From the NCBI GenBank assembly GCA_024704765.1, contig JAKMXF010000160.1, forward strand, positions 1-11,619: a stretch of 11,619 nt of DNA, written 5' to 3'. The notes beneath the pieces are model-generated. The model was given only the letters and a program-made list of their open reading frames with translations, ran no database searches and was not told the origin of the DNA. This document shows positions 9,004-11,619 of the stretch, in pieces (positions within the stretch are counted from its first letter, which is position 1; each line of letters opens with the position of its first letter). Position numbers and translations under genes: made by a program. Source of the stretch: Oopsacas minuta. Its lineage: Eukaryota; Animalia; Porifera.

Positions 9004-9334
9004 GTTTCAAGCCCCAACAGCATTGCCTTCACACACCGAGATTAGCGAAAGCAGTAAAGTAACGCCAGTGTTTGAGGGACCTGAAGTTGCTGTAGTTAAC
9101 AGTTGTTCAGAGGGAAGGCGTAGGCGTGAGAGGAGAATCGAACAGTCAATATCGGTCTCTAATTTACATCCTCTGCTACAAGAAGTGCTCCATATATAGA
9201 TGGAAGTGTTCTCGGCTCAACTACAGCTGATAGAAAGTAGAGGGAGTATTACCGTCACAAAAAGCCAGGACTTTGCGAAAAGATCAACAGCTGCAGCATT
9301 AGATGAACGATTTAGTCATATTGTAACATCTTAG
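9004..9334 (+). pseudogene. Harbinger Myb/SANT-like protein, 3' half
   Basis: In frame with 2938-2939 after removal of element B: (D)MFQAPTALPSHTEISESS...LHPLLQEVLHI*MEVFSAQLQLIE...VTS*. One in-frame TAG at 9197-9199. AATAAA at 9366-9371 lies downstream. Confidence 0.75.
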
Positions 9335-9483
9335 AAAATAGAAATTTATAGCGAAAGTATGAATTAATAAAAGAAAACGATGAATGAAGTGATTATATCA
9401 ATGTTATCGATAGATATAATATGTTTGCAAACATAAAATAGAGCTTGAGTACTTTAAGCAAACTTGGTAGGTTACTTAACTTT

Positions 9484-9613
9484 TGTACTTAAGTACAGAC
9501 TTAAGTATGAGCATACATCTTAGTGAACACAAATCTTAGTGAATACGGTTTAAGTATGTACATAGTAAATAAGTACTAAGTACATACTTAAGTGTGCTTA
9601 GTGAATATGGGCT
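9484..9613. repeat. Harbinger right subterminal repeat/palindrome cluster and putative terminal inverted repeat
   Basis: 14-bp palindrome TGTACTTAAGTACA (9484-9497); ACTTAAGT again at 9499 and 9586; CTTAGTGAA three times (9519, 9535, 9597); 12-bp inverted repeat at 9550-9561 / 9580-9591. Confidence 0.75.
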
Positions 9614-9899
9614 CAGGATTGCACTAAGCATGGACTGGTATCTGAATGTGAATGACACAAAGTGGAATAGTATAATGAAAAAAATTTCTATTTAGCGAAG
9701 TATAAAATTGACTATCAAAACTTTGTAGAGTTCAGTATTTCATATGTCATGTATTGATACTACATATTAAGTGAAAAACTAGTTATTGTAGAGTATTTCA
9801 AAGAATAGTTCCGACATTTGAATCTAAAATATAACTCTTTGTAAGTTTTGTAACACAATTACAACATGAGATAAACAAAAATGAGCACAAAAACTTTGG

Positions 9900-11280
9900 A
9901 TAGTTCAGAATTTTACTTCCAATGTTTGGAAATTGCATAATGAGTGAAAATTTATATATTGTAAAATAATACAATGCATATTTCTGACATTGCAATATGC
10001 ATGAGAACTATTTGTAAAACTTTGTGAGCGATTCCCATAATTCAGATATCCACAATTGATTATTAAAACTAGCTCTACTTTAGTATTTCACTTCGAATAT
10101 TTGCAAATTGCATAATGAGTGAAATATTATGTATTGTAGAATAGTACAATGCATATTTCTGACATTGCAATGTGCATGAGAACTATTTGTGAAAATTTGT
10201 GACAGAATTCACCAGTGCAGATATCCAGAATTGATTATCAAAACTATCTCTAGTTTAGCATTTCACTTCGAATGTTTCCAAATTGCAAATGAGAAATGTT
10301 ATATTTTGTAGAATAATACAATGCATATGCCTGTCATTGCAATATGGAGAAATATTTGTAAAACTTTGTGTGAGATTCCTAACATTGAGAAATCCAGAAT
10401 TGATTATCAAAAGTATCTCTAGGTTAGTACTTCCCTAGTATGTTTCCAAATTGCATAGCGAGTGAAATGTTCTATATTGTATAACAAAACAATGCAAATT
10501 TCTGACATTACAATTTATATGAGAACTATTTGTGAAAATTTGTGAGAGATTCCAAACATTCAGAAATCCACAATTGTTATTAAAACAATCTCTACTTTAG
10601 TATTTCACTTCGAATGTTTCCAAATTGCATAGGGAGTGAAATGTAGTATATCGTAGGATAATACAATGTAAATCTCTGACATTAGGATTCTGTATGAGAA
10701 CTATTTGAATAACTTTGTGAGGGATTCCAACATTCAGAAATCACCAATTGATTATTAAAACTATGTCTACTTTAGTATTTCACTTCGAATAGTTACAAAT
10801 GCATAATCAGTGAAATATTATATAGTGTAGAATAATAGAATGTATATTCCTGACATTGCAACATGCATGAGAACTATTTGTAAAACTTTGTGTGAGATTC
10901 CGAAAATTGAGAAATCCACAATTGATTATTAAAACTATCTTTACTTTAGTATTTCACTTCAAAAGTTTCCAAATTGATTAATGAGTGAAATGTTGCATAT
11001 TGTAGAATACTACAATGTATATTCCTGACATTGCAATATGAATGAAAATTATTTGTAAAACTCTGTGAGAGATTCCTAACATTGAGAAATCCACATTTTA
11101 TTAACACAATACTCACTAGTTTAGTATTTCACCACAAAAATTTCCAAATTGAATAATGAATGAAATGTTATAAATAGTGGAAGAAAACAAGGTATAGTGG
11201 ACACATTACAAAATGTATGAGAACTATTTGTAAAACGCTGTCAGAGAATCCGAACAATGAGAAATCCACAATTGGTTATT
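9900..11280. repeat. ~175-bp AT-rich tandem satellite, about 8 recognisable units, with degenerate units extending to ~9700 and probably to the window end
   Basis: The marker ATGAGAACTATTTG or a variant occurs at 10001, 10176, ~10344, 10519, 10694, 10867, 11042 and 11217 (spacing mostly 175). Other recurring motifs are ATCCACAATTGATTATTAAAAC and TTAGTATTTCACTTCGAA. Confidence 0.95.
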
Positions 11281-11619
11281 AATGAAAATACACAAAGCAA
11301 AGTATTGTCACACAAGTTCAAATGATCCAACATAGTACCCATGTATAGCTCAATTCATTGCATTTAACTAAATTTGATTAGTAACACATAATTTCTTAGT
11401 AGCTGAACTATGGAATTAATTCTAAGGTAGTTTCATTAATCTACACATAGAATTTGGAAAGTACACTAAACAAAGTATTGTGACTCAATATCAAATATCA
11501 GAACATAATACACAATATATAGTGCAAATCATAGCATTTCACTCAGTTTGATTGGTAACAAATTACATCTTGTCAGTTGAACCATGTGAATTATTTACAA
11601 TCAGTTTCAATATTCTACA

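Larger units (their letters stand above)
1..9613 (+). mobile_element. PIF/Harbinger DNA transposon (host of the nest); left end lies outside the window, right end approximate
   Basis: Carries the two-gene PIF/Harbinger set (HARBI1-like DDE transposase plus Myb/SANT protein). A repeat- and palindrome-rich subterminal block at 9484-9613 ends in CTTAGTGAATATGGGCT followed by CAG. The right end is inferred because the left TIR is not available for comparison. Confidence 0.7.

Noticed and set aside
160-9199. RIP-like CpA-to-TpA mutagenesis suggested by many TGG/CAG/CAA-to-TAG/TAA stops
   Set aside because: Ascertainment bias: most single transitions that create stop codons have this form. A multi-copy alignment would be needed, and nothing else points to a fungal genome.
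9900-11280. CRISPR array
   Set aside because: The whole 175-bp unit is repeated with substitutions; there are no short identical repeats with unique spacers and no cas genes, and the context is eukaryotic.
9798-11280. Satellite as a coding repeat (ORF 9798-9995 and protein-like minus-strand reads such as LCNLETFEVKY)
   Set aside because: The modal unit length of 175 is not a multiple of 3, and stops recur within the units (e.g. the conserved TAC TAA).

Overview
AT-rich eukaryotic (probably animal) genomic DNA, not prokaryotic. Nearly the whole window is a nested stack of five decayed cut-and-paste DNA transposons followed by a ~175-bp tandem satellite. The host element is a PIF/Harbinger: transposase at ~90-943, Myb/SANT partner gene split into 2555-2939 and 9004-9334, probable right end near 9613. 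A maT/DD37D element (1096-2405, TA TSD) sits in a 36-bp minisatellite between the two Harbinger genes. A Chapaev3-like element B (2940-9000, TAT TSD) sits inside the Myb gene. B in turn contains a second Chapaev3-like element A (3043-5349, TAA TSD), a Tc1-like DD35E element (7388-8742, TA TSD) and an unexplained ~205-bp insert. TIR pairs and TSDs can be read directly for all four inner elements, and removing B restores the Myb reading frame exactly. Every transposase gene is disrupted by frameshifts, most also by stops. I found no intact host gene, RNA gene or CRISPR array, and no clearly novel biological system. The most unusual items are the nesting itself, the same-group Chapaev nesting, the DD35E spacing and the 205-bp insert. 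Family assignments come from recalled motifs, not database searches.
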